64,000 bases of DNA from Stegostoma tigrinum (Eukaryota), in assembly GCF_030684315.1 (NCBI RefSeq), contig NC_081396.1:2232001-2296000 (forward strand), read 5' to 3'. Below are positions 1 to 12,750 of this stretch, in pieces (position 1 is the first letter of the stretch; every line of letters begins with the position of its first letter). The position numbers and the translations under genes were made by a program. The notes under the pieces were generated by a model. It was not told where the DNA came from. It searched no databases and saw nothing but the letters and a program-made list of their open reading frames with translations.

Positions 1-594
1 TTACACCAGCCGGTCTGCCTGCAGAAAATTACTCTGAGCCCCCTGATCGCCAGTGCACCAAATAACCATGAAACCAGCATCTGCCGTTGAAAACTATATT
101 GTCTTATGTTGATTTGTTAAAACTTCTTTCTTCATTCACGCTATGGACATTAAGATTATCAATACATTTTTCCAGATCTAAAATCAAATGACACGGATTT
201 CGTTTACAGTTCCGCAAATTAAAAGATAAAATAATAACATCCGTCTGTGAAACAGAAAAAGCAGATCAGTTGAAAATTATCGTGATTGCTGCTCTCTCCC
301 CGATGCCCCTTAAAGCATCCCCAATCCCGGCGGACGGAATGACCTTGATACCAGAAACGTTTTTTCCTCAGTCTAAACTTCCGTTCAGATATAGTTAAAA
401 TACACTGTCACTATTACTGTAAACATATAGCAAAGGAATGTCATACGTAATACCTGTGGTGTTTTGAGACCAGGTCACAGATTGTAAATGCAACCATTAC
501 TTTTTTCAAAATATCAGCTGATCGCAGCTCAGAGTCACCACGCAGATGTCAAATTTAGAGACTGCAGAACACCCCGTGCACACCTTCTGATTCC

Positions 595-595
<1 letters not shown>

Positions 596-633
<38 letters not shown>

Positions 634-688
634 CACGCACATACGGAGAGAGAAAGAGAGAGAAAGGGAGGGAGGGAGAGAGAGAGAT
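596..688. repeat. (CT)n followed by GA-rich simple repeat
   Basis: Directly visible; a similar (CT)n(CA)n tract lies at 15300-15360. Confidence 0.85.
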
Positions 689-937
689 TGATGCAACTTC
701 CCACTTGTTGACGTTGATTTGATCAACATCATAATTGTTCAGCGATCTACTTTTCTGCTGAGCCAGAGGATTGGCTGCACGACAGAGCGAGACAACCGGG
801 AACAATGGGAGAATGTCTCAAACCGTTCCTTGGCATTGTTTCTATTCTCACTTAATATCTCATTTTCGAAAAAGTTTATTTTTCACTTAAAATTTGTTGC
901 TAAGATAACAGTAACGGTGACGATAATGTTGACAAAT

Positions 938-1323
938 ATGAGGCTGATGTTGGCTGTTACTTCTTTCTTACTGTATTTTATGCTCGATTGGAGACAGCAG
1001 GACCCAGTGGAACAACCATTTGTTGAAATTACTGTTGAGGAAGCAAAACAAAAGTCACACTAAATTGTATTTTGAATTTAAACACGAATGCATACTGGTA
1101 CATTCAACGTCCCAGGCAGCCTCCACAGTTACCGTTGAGGCCTTTTGAGAGCAGTGTGTTCACAGACAACTGCCTTAGAGATCTACTTCCTTCTTTGCTT
1201 TATAAAACTGACAAGATCACCGAACTAACAATCAGCATAATTTCCTTCTCCGAAAGTGTCATGTATCACTGTGCCCTGCAACCTACACAAATGCAGACAT
1301 ATCACGGATTCCACACAAGAGCC
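938..1323 (+). pseudogene. TCR alpha/delta-type V pseudogene; leader contiguous with V (no intron); degenerate RSS
   Basis: Reads MRLMLAVTSFLLYFML-DWRQQDPVEQPFVEITVEE, frameshifts near 1050, then VTLNC...YWYIQRPRQPPQL...ELTIS...ESVMYHCALQP. RSS-like CACAAAT (1286-1292), 22-nt spacer, ACAAGAGCC (1315-1323). Confidence 0.8.
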
Positions 1324-3824
1324 TACCGTGAGAGTGTCCATTAGTGTTCATTGGAGGGCGCCCTCACATCAACAAAGAGAATTCACTCTGAACAATGAGA
1401 CAACAATAAAACTTGTTAACAGGTTATGATGCACATAACGCTGAAGAAGAGCAGCCGAGCCTCGCCTGCATAATTAGTCACAGTTAATTCTGTTCATACT
1501 ACCAATTTGCTTTGTAAGTCGTCTTATGATATTTACTGCTATTCGATTCCAATCCTTCTCCAATTCAATCTATCAATCTTCTCTCCGTGCTGCGCACAAA
1601 ATTGTAAAATCTTCCAGGTGAGTGGAGAGTCCTCTCATACTTTTATGAGCTCTGTGCTGCAGACGGTGACAGGCTTCAAGAAGACAAGATGTGAGTTACT
1701 TGCTAATTCCTCTGTTTTGAACTGCTGGTGTAATCACACTTATGTGGCTGCTCCAGTGTCTATGCAAAGCCAACCCCCAGGATGTAGAAAGGGCTCTTTC
1801 AGAGAGGCAGTGGTGTTGCTATTCAGCAAGAATAGTTGGGCTGTCTTTTGTTGAAGACGGTAATGTAAACGTTGCTTCAAACTATTCGAGGCGGGTTTGA
1901 ATAGTATTCAGGCCTTGCTGCATTTGCACACAATATCTGCTAAATATGTACAAACATCATCAAACAGGCGGACTTCTTAGAACCCAGGTCATAACAACAT
2001 AGTCGGTTCCCAAGAAAGGCTCCAAGCTCCCGAAAGCTCACAGGGTCTGAGAGTGTGACATCTCTGCTGGCATGAGCCCTGTCAAGGAGCACCACTGAGG
2101 TCTGTACTTTCAGTCCCTGGCCAAAGTAGGAGAGAGTCTCATTGATGAAGTAAGTGAAAATAATGGGTTCTTAGCACTCGTTCGAGTAACCCCTGCAAAA
2201 ACATCCTTGGAAAGAGATGACAGACCACCAACAAACACAAAGTATTTCATCTGTTTGAGGTATGATTTCAAACAGCTGACACGTTAAGCAATTTTATTTG
2301 ACACATTATACAAGGTGAAGTTTCAATAACAAAGCTATATCCTGTAATCCCAGCTGTCAGCTGCGACACAGTTAAAATGACAGTTCTGTAAATTGTGGTC
2401 ACAGAAAATGTGCTGCAGTACTATGTCATGCGATGCTGTCTTTTAAATATTGACTTTCAGTTTCTTCACAAATATTGCGAAATGGTTTTGGCTGGATTAT
2501 TTTTCCATCAAATAATACTTATTCATAATTCCAGCCTAAATTCGGCAAATCACAAGTAGTTCATATTTTGCTGCTTGAGGTTGTTTTCCTCAGCAATGTT
2601 ACGTTTACAAACATTAAGCATCAACTGATTGTTGAACACAAAGAAAACACGATAGGCACTGAGAAAATATCCGATTACAATTATGTGTCAGGTGCTGTCA
2701 GGTGCTCCAGAGGAATGATATGAAACAAATCTCCGTCCACAATCACTCTTTCCCAATGTCATGGTGCGCCAATTAAGAACAGAATACATTCTCCTGTACT
2801 GTTCCATAGAATCCCTTCAGTATGGAAGCAGGGCCTTCAGTCCAATAAGTCCACGCCAACGCTCAGAACGTCCCACCCAGATCAATCCCCCTAAAATCCA
2901 CCTGTCCTACACATTCCTGAAATCTTTGGGAAAGTTAGCATCGCCAATCCACCCAGGCAGCTCATCAGTGGACTGTGGGAGGATACCAGAGCACCCACGC
3001 AGACAAGGAGAGAAAGTGCAAACTTCACTCAGACAGTCGCCCAAGGGTGGAATCGAACTGGGTTCCTGGCGCTGGCAGCAGTGTTGAACAGTGAGCCACT
3101 GGAATTGCCCCCTGTTCCAACGAAAATGTCATGTCATGGAATATACAGCAGGAAGCAACTGCATGATAAATTTCCTCTCGCCTGAGGCTGAGTCTGGACA
3201 AAATGCACAGGGAATGAATATGAATGTAAGTATGATCCAAGTGGTCTTCTCTCCCTCTGACTAATCTCTGCAGTGTTGGACATGTGCCATTTGGTGGTTA
3301 ATTAAAACAAGATAAAATTGAGACATTTCCACACCCGGTGACAAAAGAACAACAGCATCGTGTGATGACTTACATGAAACATGAAACAACCTGAGCGGCT
3401 TTGACACTGCAGATTTTACGAGGATGTTTCCACTTCTTGGAGAATCTAAAACTTTAGGACAAGTTTCAAGACATCACCAATCTCAGTGACCCCAGGTAAC
3501 GGATTTGAGCGAGGTCATACCGAGTGCTGAATCCAACAGTCATTGGTTAACTGGTAAGACAAGGAGTGAGAAATCAACCAATCACATCATGGTGGAGCGT
3601 CTCTCTGTTTCCAAAGAAGTGAAGCCTGTCCGAGGTCTGACCTCAATATTTTATATAAGACGAAAACTGTCGGAGTCTTTCAGTGTTCTGGTGTTGTCAT
3701 ACATCACAGCCAAAACGTCCTGCGTTTGAGTCACGTACAATAGGTGTAAGATAAGATTTCTAAACAGATTAAACAGAAAATATAAAAACAAAGTTCCATT
3801 TTTTTTTGTTTTTCATTTGATCAG

Positions 3825-4278
3825 ATGAAAACTGATGTCATGTGTTCCCTGAGAACATTACTGATAATCGTGACTATTCTGCATGGTGAGTCTGAACTAA
3901 AACCATCACTAAGTAGTCTTTCAGTTACATTTACTCACATGCTTTTAACAACATTTTCAAATTTGTTACAGGAACGAGTAGTCAAGTTTCAGTTTCTCAG
4001 AGCCCACCTCAGTTATCAGTTGAGGAAGGACAAACGGTAATGTTGAACTGCAGTTACGAATTGTCGGGTGCTGTTCCTACTCTCTTCTGGTATGTCCAAT
4101 ATCCTGGGGAAGCTCCGAGGTATTTACTGCAGAGGTACAAGAATGAAGAGGGGGATAGCTCACCAGATTTCCGTGACCGGTTTTCTGCCAATTTGGACAA
4201 AGTCAATAAAGTGGTCCCTTTGAGAATTAATGAAACCTGTCTGTCTGACTCAGCCGTCTATCACTGTGCACTGAGTCC
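3825..4278 (+). CDS. Intact TCR alpha/delta variable gene segment (TRAV/TRDV-like): leader exon 3825-3885, V exon 3972-4278
   Basis: GTGAGT donor at 3886 and AG acceptor at 3970-3971, phase 1. Spliced frame is open: MKTDVMCSLRTLLIIVTILHGTSSQVSVSQSPPQLSVEEGQTVMLNC...LFWYVQYPGEAPRYLL...RFSANLD...LSDSAVYHCALS, with both conserved Cys and the Trp. Confidence 0.93.
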
Positions 4279-4317
4279 CACACTGAGTCAGAGACACAGT
4301 TAGCCCGTACAAAAACC
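4279..4317 (+). promoter_or_regulatory. 23-bp spacer recombination signal sequence
   Basis: CACACTG (4279-4285), 23 nt, consensus nonamer ACAAAAACC (4309-4317). Confidence 0.93.
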
Positions 4318-5072
4318 TAAAAGACTCTCTTACTCCCTTGTCTGTATCAGATCTATAACTTTTACCATGAATTGTTAATATGATCAAAACCACAGTCCAA
4401 AAAGCACATCACATTTTGGAACTCTTTCGATGGTGCAGAATGCAGGTCATTCAACACAAACTGCCTGCTTCAAGCAGCCACGAGTTTTATTCATGTTCAG
4501 CGAGCAACTCGTTTAATAGAAAGCTATGATAGTGTTACCATACCAGTTTGCCATTTCCCATCAGTAACTGAAATCAAAGATAAGCTGCGTTTAAAGAAAG
4601 CACATGATAGACACTCCTATTTTGCACAGAGGGCTCGTGTGTGCAATGATTTGCCAGCAAATCCGGTTACAATAGCAACGTTTAAAAGACATTTGGTAAA
4701 ATACATGAATGAAAATAAAAGGTTCAGAGGGATATAGGGCAAGCACAGTCAGGTGGGAAAAGTTTAGTTTCGGATTACGCTCGACATAGACAGGTTGAAA
4801 CGAAGGGTCTGTTTTCTTGATATGTGAGTCGGTTACTCTAATTGAAGAAAATAGCAGTTTCACTATTACTATCGTCCCCAAAGGCTCTTCGTTGTTCAGT
4901 CAAGTTAATTTCATTCCAAAAATGATAGATCAATGGATGCTAAAGGAAACAATTGTGATAAAGCTGTAAAGTTTGTGAGAGATGTACAAACTTCGCTGAG
5001 TGGAATGACAAGGTCAGTGAACTAAATGACCTTCTGCAGCACCTGCTTTCAACGTTGTATTGACAATAGATC

Positions 5073-5080
5073 TGACGTAA
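5073..5080 (+). promoter_or_regulatory. CRE-like element upstream of a V leader (second copy at 7998-8005)
   Basis: TGACGTAA ~170 bp upstream of the leader start in both duplicate copies; CRE-like motifs are typical of TCR V promoters. Confidence 0.4.
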
Positions 5081-6749
5081 TGGACTGGAGAACAATGCAA
5101 CTGTGAGATGATTGAAGGTACATTTGCGAATCTGTCAGAAATATCCATCTGGCAGCGAGACAGGATATGGCTCAATGTCAGCTCTGGGATGAAAACATTC
5201 AGCTTCATCTCCCTCTGTGCAACTCTGCCATCAGTTCTGCAAACATGTCAACCCTTATTATTTACTCATTCCTCACTACTGCAGCCGTTTCAACTGGAAA
5301 GTTCTCAAGCTGTTATTACATTAATTGTGTTGTCACCACGACTGATGAAATTAAAAGGTGAAGTTTTCGTTTGAGTATAGATTCTGAGACCACTTGCCTC
5401 TGTTATCTGATCGCTGTGTTACTGACATAATGTGTACTCATTTACACTGATCATACAGATTTCACAATCATAATTCCAGCCTGGATTCCGCAAACCAAGA
5501 CTCGTGCAAATTTTGATGTTTGCAGTTCTGTTGCTCAGCAATGTTACTTTTACAAACATGAATCATCAACTTATTTTCGAACACATAGATAACAGGATAG
5601 GCACTGAGAAAATATCCAATTACAACTCCGTATCAGACGCTGTCAGGTGAACCAGAGGAATGATATGAAACAAATCTCCGTTCACAATCATTCTTTCCCA
5701 ATGCAATGATGCACCAATAAAGAACAGAATACATTCTCCTGTACTGTTCCATAGAATCCCTACAGTACGGAAACAAGACCACGCCAACACTCAGAACATC
5801 CCATCCAGATCAATCCCCCTAAAACCCACCTACCCTACACATTCCTGAACACTTTGGGAAATTTAGCATCGCAAAGCCATCCGGGAAGCACATCTTTGGA
5901 CTGTGGGAGGATACCAGAGCACCAACGCAGACAAGGAGGGAAAGTGCAAACTTCACTCAGACAGTTGACCAAGGGTGGAATCGAACCCGGGTTCCTGGCG
6001 CTGGCAGCAGTGTTCTCCAATGAGCCACTGGAATTGCCCCATGTTCAATCGAAACTGTCTTGTCATGGAATATACAGCAGGGAACAGCTGCTTGATAAAT
6101 TTCCTCCCGACTGAGGCAGAGTCTGGACAAAATGTACAGAGAATGAATGTGAATGTCAGTATGGTCCAAGTGGGCTTTCTCTCCCTCTGACTAATCACTG
6201 CAGTGTTGGAAATGTGCAATTTCATGGTTAGTTCAAACAAGATAAAATTGAGACATTTCCACACCCGGTGGCAAAACAACAACAACATTGTGTAATGACT
6301 TACATGAAACATGAAACAACCTGAGCGGCTTTGACACTGCAGATTTTATGAGGATGTTTCCACTTGTTAGAGAATCTGAAACTTTGGGACAAGTTTCAAG
6401 ACATCACCAATGTTGAGACCTCAGGTCCTGAGCGAGGTCGTACCGAGTCCTGAATCCAACAGTGATTGGTTAACTGGTAAGATAAGAAGCGAGAAGCCAC
6501 CCAATCACATCATGGTGGAACGTCCCTCTGTTTCCCAAGAACTGAAGGCTATCCGTGTTCTGAGCTCAATCTTTCATATAAGACGAAAACTGTTGGGGGT
6601 TTTTGGTGTTCGAGTGTTGTCCATACCTCACAGCTAGAAGGACCTGGGCTAAAGTCTCGTAAAATAGGTGTAAGACAACATTTCTAAACAGATTAATCAG
6701 AAAATATTGAAACAAAATTCTATTTTTTTGTTTTTTTTAGTTTGATCAG

Positions 6750-7242
6750 ATGAAAACTGATGTCATGTGCTCCCTGAAAAATTTACTGATAATTGTGACT
6801 GTTCTGCATCGTGAATCTGAACTAAAACCATCACTAAGTACTCTTTTGGTTACATTTACTCACATACTTGTAACAACTTTTCGATACTTGTTCCAGGAAC
6901 GACTAGTCAAGATTCAGTTTCTCAGAGCCCACCTCAGTTCTAGGTTGAGGAAGGACAAATGGTAATGTTGAACTGTAGTTACGAATTGTCGGGTGCTGCT
7001 CCTACTCTCTTCTGGTACGTCCAATATCCTGGGGAAGCTCCGAGATATTTACTGAAGAGGTACAAGAATGAAGAGGGGGATAGCTCACCAGATTTCCATG
7101 ACCGGTTTTCTGCCAATTTGGACAAAGTCAAAAAAGTTGTCCCTTTGAGAATTAATGAAACCTGTCTGTCTGACTCAGCCGTCTATCACTGTGCACTGAG
7201 TTCCACACTGAGACAGAGACACAGTCAGCCCGAACAAAAACC
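6750..7242 (+). pseudogene. Duplicate TRAV-like segment with in-frame stop in FR1 and intact 23-RSS
   Basis: Near copy of 3825-4317. Leader 6750-6810, V exon from 6897, in-frame TAG at 6941-6943. RSS CACACTG 7204-7210, 23 nt, ACAAAAACC 7234-7242. Confidence 0.9.
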
Positions 7243-8169
7243 TAAAAGACTCTCTTACCTCCCTTGTCTGTATCAGATCTAGAACGTTTTACCATGAATT
7301 GTTAATATGATCAAAACCACAGTACAACCAGCACATCACATTTTGGAATTCTTTCGATGGTGCAGAATGCAGGTCATTCAACATAAACTTGCTGCATAAA
7401 ACAGCTGCGAGTTTTATTCATGTTCAGCGAGCAACTCGTTTAATAGAAAGCTGTGGTAGTGTTACCATAACACTTTACCATTACCCATCAGTAATTGAAA
7501 TCAAAGGTAAGCTGCATTGAAATAAAACAACTGATAGACACTCCTATTTTGCACAGAGGGTTCGTGTGTGGAATGAATTACGAGCAAATGCAGTGACAGT
7601 CACAACGTTTAGAAGACATTTGGTAATATACATGCATTTAAAAAAAGGTTTAGAGGGATATCGCCAAGCACAGTCAGGTGGGAAAAGTTTAATTTCGGAT
7701 TACGCTCGACATAGACAGGTTGAAACGAAGGGTCTGTTTTCGTGCTATGTCAGTCGGTTACTCTAATTGAAGAAAATAGCAGTTTCACTATTACTATCGT
7801 CCCCAAAGGCTCTTCGTTGTTCAGTAAAGTTATTTTCATTCCAAAATTGATAGATCAATGGATGCTAAAGGAAACAATTGTGGAAAAACTGTCAAGTTTG
7901 TGAGGGATGTACAAACTTCACTGAGTGGAACGGCAAGGTCAGTGGGCTAAATGACCTTCTGCAGGTCCTGTTTTCAATGTTGTATTGACAATAGATCTGA
8001 CGTAATGGACTGGAGAGCAAAGCAACTGTGAGATGATTGGAGGTACATTTGCGAATCAGTCAGCAATATCCATCTGGCAGGGAGACAGGATATGACTCAT
8101 TGTCAACTCTGAGATGAACCAATTCAGCTTCATCTCCCTCTGTGCAACTCTGCCATCAGTTCTGCAAAC

Positions 8170-8683
8170 TTGTCAACCCTTATTATTTCCTCATTCCTCA
8201 CTGCTGGACCCGTTTTAACTGGTAACTTCTCAAGGTGAAAAATGCTCACTTTTCATCGATACTCGCTTTACCAGCTTTTCTCTCTATTTTCAACAGATTC
8301 CCTGATCTTGATGATATTGATTGGAATAAAACGCAAATGCCAGCCTTTATAAAAAAATTCCTCCTTTATTTTATGTAGATGTTTGGCGTGCAGACTCGGT
8401 CTCACAGAAGCAGATTAAAATGATACAGTTTGAAGGAGACTTAGTGAAGATTATTCTCAGCTGTTCTGCCTGAGCTGAAAAATGTTGCTTACAATTGTAT
8501 CGTCAAGATATTGGTAAACACCCTACATTCCTTATCTACATCCATACTTATGGCGATGTTTTCAGTCCAAACTGGCGTTGGCATTTAGGTTTTCTGCCTT
8601 TCTGGACATTTCGAAAACTGAGGAGAATTTCACCATTGGTGATCTGTGGCTGTCTGACTGCAGTCCACTACTGTGGGCGGAAC
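8170..8683 (+). pseudogene. TCR alpha/delta-type V pseudogene (leader 8170-8221 with ATG>TTG; V exon ~8379-8683)
   Basis: DVWRADSVSQKQIKMIQFEGDLVKI...(stop)...LYRQDIGKHPTFLIYI, frameshift, RFSAFLDISKTEENFTIGDLWLSD, frameshift, AVHYCG. Confidence 0.82.
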
Positions 8684-9831
8684 AACACTGCAGAGACAAT
8701 AACCAAAATAAACCTTGTATTAAAACATTATTGCAACGGTCAGAAAGTGAGAAAACTCTGGACAAACTTCAATTTTATAAATATTACCAAAATGTACTGA
8801 ATTCACATCAATCTAGATCTTTGGTAAGCCAAGATCCACAGATGCAACATTCAGTAAAGTGGCTTCTGATCTCTTAAGATAGCATACATTCCAGAAACAA
8901 ATTAAAAGGTGTGATTAGAAAATGTGCTCAATTTTGTAAATTAGATGTATTGGAAAAGCAATTCTACCCGAATTATCTGGCATGGTGAATCGGTTTTTCA
9001 CAACGGCTCACTAAACAAAGTTCAGTTGGTCGCACGAATGATGTAGGATGAAGATGATCTCAAAACTACCATTTAAATTCCCAATCCAGCTAAAGCCACA
9101 GTGCAGGTCTGGCATTCTCAACTTTTCCCGTAACCTGAGGTTTGGTGACCAGCAGGAGAACCAACACCAGTAGTCTCTCAAAGTAAAGAATAGCTCTGTG
9201 GTTCTCAAGGACTGTGCGATTTTTACTTACATAATTGGTAAATGGAGAAGTAAATGAAAAGTATCATGGAATGCTCTGGACAAGGAGAACAAAGAGTTTG
9301 CTTTTATATGGACTTGTATTTAATGGTTTCAGATAACTCAAAGGGTTTCTATTATTTTGTCGCAAACATGATCATCCAGTTTTCACTTTCAATTTGCTAT
9401 ACAGTTGGCTACTTGATAATCTGTTTTGGTACCCTGAACAAACCACAAGTATCCCAATTCAATGTTCTTTTTTTCTATTCCTCCGTGGTCACCAGTCCCT
9501 TTTCCTACTTTGGAGTATCCCCTTTCCCCACGTCCGATCATAAATCCATGCTTCTTGATGTGTGCAGGTGCCTTTAACATTGAATGGTATTCAATCAGAT
9601 TATTTTAATGCTGCAGATATTACCCACCTGGCAAGCCGCTCAATGCTGATATTACAAATTAAAACATACTTACAAATTTGCTGTGCATTTCGTTTTCGAA
9701 ACAACGATAAATGGTATGGCTGCTTCCAGAACAGTTGCGAAAATTCTTATAAATCCCCAAACAAAAGTCATTTCATTCCCTGGACAGTTGATACAGGTAT
9801 CAAAATCAGTGTTCGATGTGAACGATTTCAT

Positions 9832-9956
9832 ATGTTGTTGATTTGGATTGTGCTTGGTCTTCGCATGCACAGCTAAGTATCTCACCTGTTGTTACAAAGA
9901 CATCCGAATAGACAGCAGCTGTGACACAGAAACTTTCAGTAGTTATTGCAGAAGGG
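9832..9956 (+). pseudogene. 5' fragment of a V gene (leader-like plus FR1 start)
   Basis: MLLIWIVLGLRMH followed by AAVTQKLSVVIAEG, ending abruptly at the inverted V's nonamer. Confidence 0.4.
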
Positions 9957-10395
9957 TTTATTTTTAGTTTTCGCTCTCTCGTTGACGAGGCTAATTTGGA
10001 CAGTAATAGATCGTGATATCCGACAGCTGCAACTCCGAGATGGTCAATTGGTGCAACTTGTCTGAACCGTGTCAGAAAACCTGGTCTGAGTGAAATATGC
10101 TTTGAATGAGTCTCCGTCGCTTGTGCTCCTCCAGAGTATGAACTCTGGCAGTCTTCCTGTGTATTGATATAATAAGTAATAGCGTTGGCAGTTTAGGTGC
10201 AGTTTAAAGCGAAGTATTTTACCTCTGTCTGTGTGAGCAAGGAATCCCACAGTGTAAAGAGTTTCAGATGTGAAACGGGTGGTTTAAAAAAAATGATAGA
10301 TTAAATATTGAAGTGATGATGAGAGTTCACAGTCACCCATCCAGAAAACAAACAAAAAAAGGATGGAATTGGAGCCCCAAGAAAATCGCTTTTGG
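9955..10395 (-). pseudogene. Inverted TCR alpha/delta-type V pseudogene
   Basis: Minus strand: hydrophobic leader ending at a GTGACT donor (~10337); ALNCT...YQYTGRLPEFILWRSTSDG...FTQTRFSD...LTISELQLSDITIYYC, with frameshifts and stops; nonamer-like AAATAAACC at 9955-9963. Confidence 0.82.
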
Positions 10396-11711
10396 CCACC
10401 TGAACCATTTGTGTGTGTGTAAGCCTTCCCCAATTCCAGTCATACTAAAAGCAAATCCTTCCACCTACTTTGTTCTCATGGGCATATAGAGATTACGTTT
10501 AAACGTCTCATTGCAGTTCTCTTCAACTCCTCCTTATGCTGCTGAAGCAATATTTGTTGAAAACTCTGGCTGAAGATGTTTCTTCTGAATTCCTTATTTG
10601 ATCTATTCAGGAAGAAAAATCTGAAACTCCTTAAGGGAAGCATCCTCTCGAAGTCTACCCTGTCTTTTTTTTTGTCATTTAAGGACATCAACCAGATAAC
10701 TCACTTGTCTTTTCATCAGCAGAAAAATAAAGAATGGGGTACAAACATGGATTCCGCGTTGATGTTATTTTCAATGCTGATTGATCGCTGGAAATAGCTT
10801 TATAGGTGTCACAATACTCCTTCTGTAAGAACCTGCTCACATTATCTGAAGCATATTCTAAAAAAAAGGCCAATTCACGTTGAATTCGAATACTTTAATT
10901 TTGTTTCAAATTTATTCACAAAGAAAGTAAATCCGAATTTAAATATTAAACTTCTTACCGACAATGAAGTTCACGTATGTCAGAGTGGGAATGAAGAGTT
11001 GCATCACTCTGGGATTTAAAGGAACAATATGTCTTTCAAGTATGGAGAGCAATCTGTCTCTCTCATTAACTGGAGATCCAACATCTTTATTGTCAACTCG
11101 AGAGTGAACTATCGCTCAGGTCAGTTTGTTAGCTAGTTATATCTCAGGTAGAAGTCTCAAAAAACGACCTTGGATGAAGCTTATTAGAAGACCAGATGCT
11201 ATTAGTCATTGACCGTTGAAGTATACCCTGACTGGTGGATGGGGGTGGCGTTGGGACGGATGGGGGGCATTCCGGTCTGCTGGTTGCTCTGCAGTGCCCA
11301 TTCATCTGTTGGCACAGCGTCTGCATGCTGTTGCCGATATGCCATTGTTCAGGGCACCTTTGCGTGCAGCGTATGTTTTATTAGAGAACATTGACAAAAT
11401 CACATGAGTGTCTGCCGTGCATGTGATGAGTCTTGTTGCCATGTGTGATAGCCGAATCCATTTCAACTCCCTGTGATATAATTTTGAAAAATTGAGATAC
11501 AACTTTATTTGTCGACATTTCTTCTATAACACTGAACCATCTGTCCTAAAAGCCTGTGGTCCAGATGGGTGAGTTTTTATTCCCTGACAGACAATTCACT
11601 CCCTCTCAGTCTCATAGTACCACTGGTGACACAAGGCCATGAGGTGAGAGCAGCCTGGGACAAGGCAGCAGATTAAAATATCCACCCTATTTTTACTGTG
11701 CAGACAGGGCA

Positions 11712-12095
11712 ATGCTGACACTCGGGATCTGGGTTGTGTGGATGGTATTTCTGTGTACAATTATACATTGAACACATTCCTTCAACTCTCTCATTTCTGG
11801 AATGTTATTTGAATCTGAATTTGATGTATCCATCAATTGTATCTTTTCCTTATTGAGCCTTCTTTTCAGAGCTACGTCATGGAGATTCCATTATTCAATC
11901 GCTGTCTTCAGATGGAAGGAGATGCGGAGAATTTAAGCTATTCTATGACACTACCCTGAAAGACTATTATTTATGCTCGCCACAACAACACCTTTACTCG
12001 AAGCCCGAGCTTATTCCGTGAAAGCAAGAGAGTCTCATTTTGAGGTGATTTCACTCAATCCTGCTTCTCTGTTGAACTCCAGGCAGTGAATGCAT
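11712..12095 (+). pseudogene. 3'-truncated V pseudogene, related to the 9955-10395 family
   Basis: Leader MLTLGIWVVWMVFLCT; acceptor at 11868-11869; RHGDSIIQS...YDTTLKDYYL...SKPELI...GDFTQSCFSVELQ; no second Cys or RSS. Confidence 0.65.
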
Positions 12096-12324
12096 GCAAA
12101 ACACGCGTGTCAATTGGCCAAAGAATTCATCAGCTCTGGCAGCATCTGTCGCGAGGAAGGTGGATTAATGTTTCTAGTCAGGGGGACCATTTTCAGAATA
12201 AATTCATCACATTCCCGTGACTAAAACTAACTGAAAATCCTATGATTTACTGTGAGCTCAGACTCACAGTGATGGACAACAGAATGTACCCAGATAAATA
12301 TATGTCTGTGCCTCGGATTATAAT

Positions 12325-12750
12325 GTCCTGCCCCCACCTCCCTAACCTGTCCTTCCCCCTACCTGTGCCCTCCTCCCATCTCAAGCTCCACCCCTTCTCC
12401 TACCTACTAGCCTCATCCTGCTCCCTTGACCTGTCCGTTCTCCCTGGACTGACCTATCTCCTTCCTAACTCCCCACCTACACTCACCTTTACTGATTCCA
12501 TCCCCGCCTCTTTGACCCGTCTGTCTCCTCTGAAGCTATCTTCTGCTCTATCCAACATATATCTGCCTCCCCCTCTCTTCCTACTTATTTCAGAACCCCC
12601 TTCCCCCCTTCCCACATTTCTGGAGAAGGGTCTAAGCCTGAAACATCAGCTTTCCTCCTCCTGTGATGCTGCTTGGCCTGCTGTGTTCATTCGGCTCTAT
12701 ACTTTGTTATCTCAGATTCTCCAGCGTCTGCAGTTCCAGCTATCTCTGAA
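12325..12750 (+). mobile_element. Penelope-like 3' fragment
   Basis: Resembles the reverse complement of 24920-25250; explains the spurious Pro/Ser/Leu-rich ORF 12242-12844. Confidence 0.75.

Larger units (their letters stand above)
2521..8234 (+). repeat. ~2.9-kb tandem segmental duplication (~2521-5310 and ~5467-8234)
   Basis: Colinear high similarity including the SINE, the V gene, a LINE 3' fragment and the next gene's promoter/leader. Shared ends CATAATTCCAGCCT and TTCTCAAG. Confidence 0.92.

Noticed and set aside
2095-2145. Minus-strand SYFGQGLKVQTS, resembling a J segment
   Set aside because: No heptamer at the expected distance and no GT donor in the right phase; FGxG can occur by chance.
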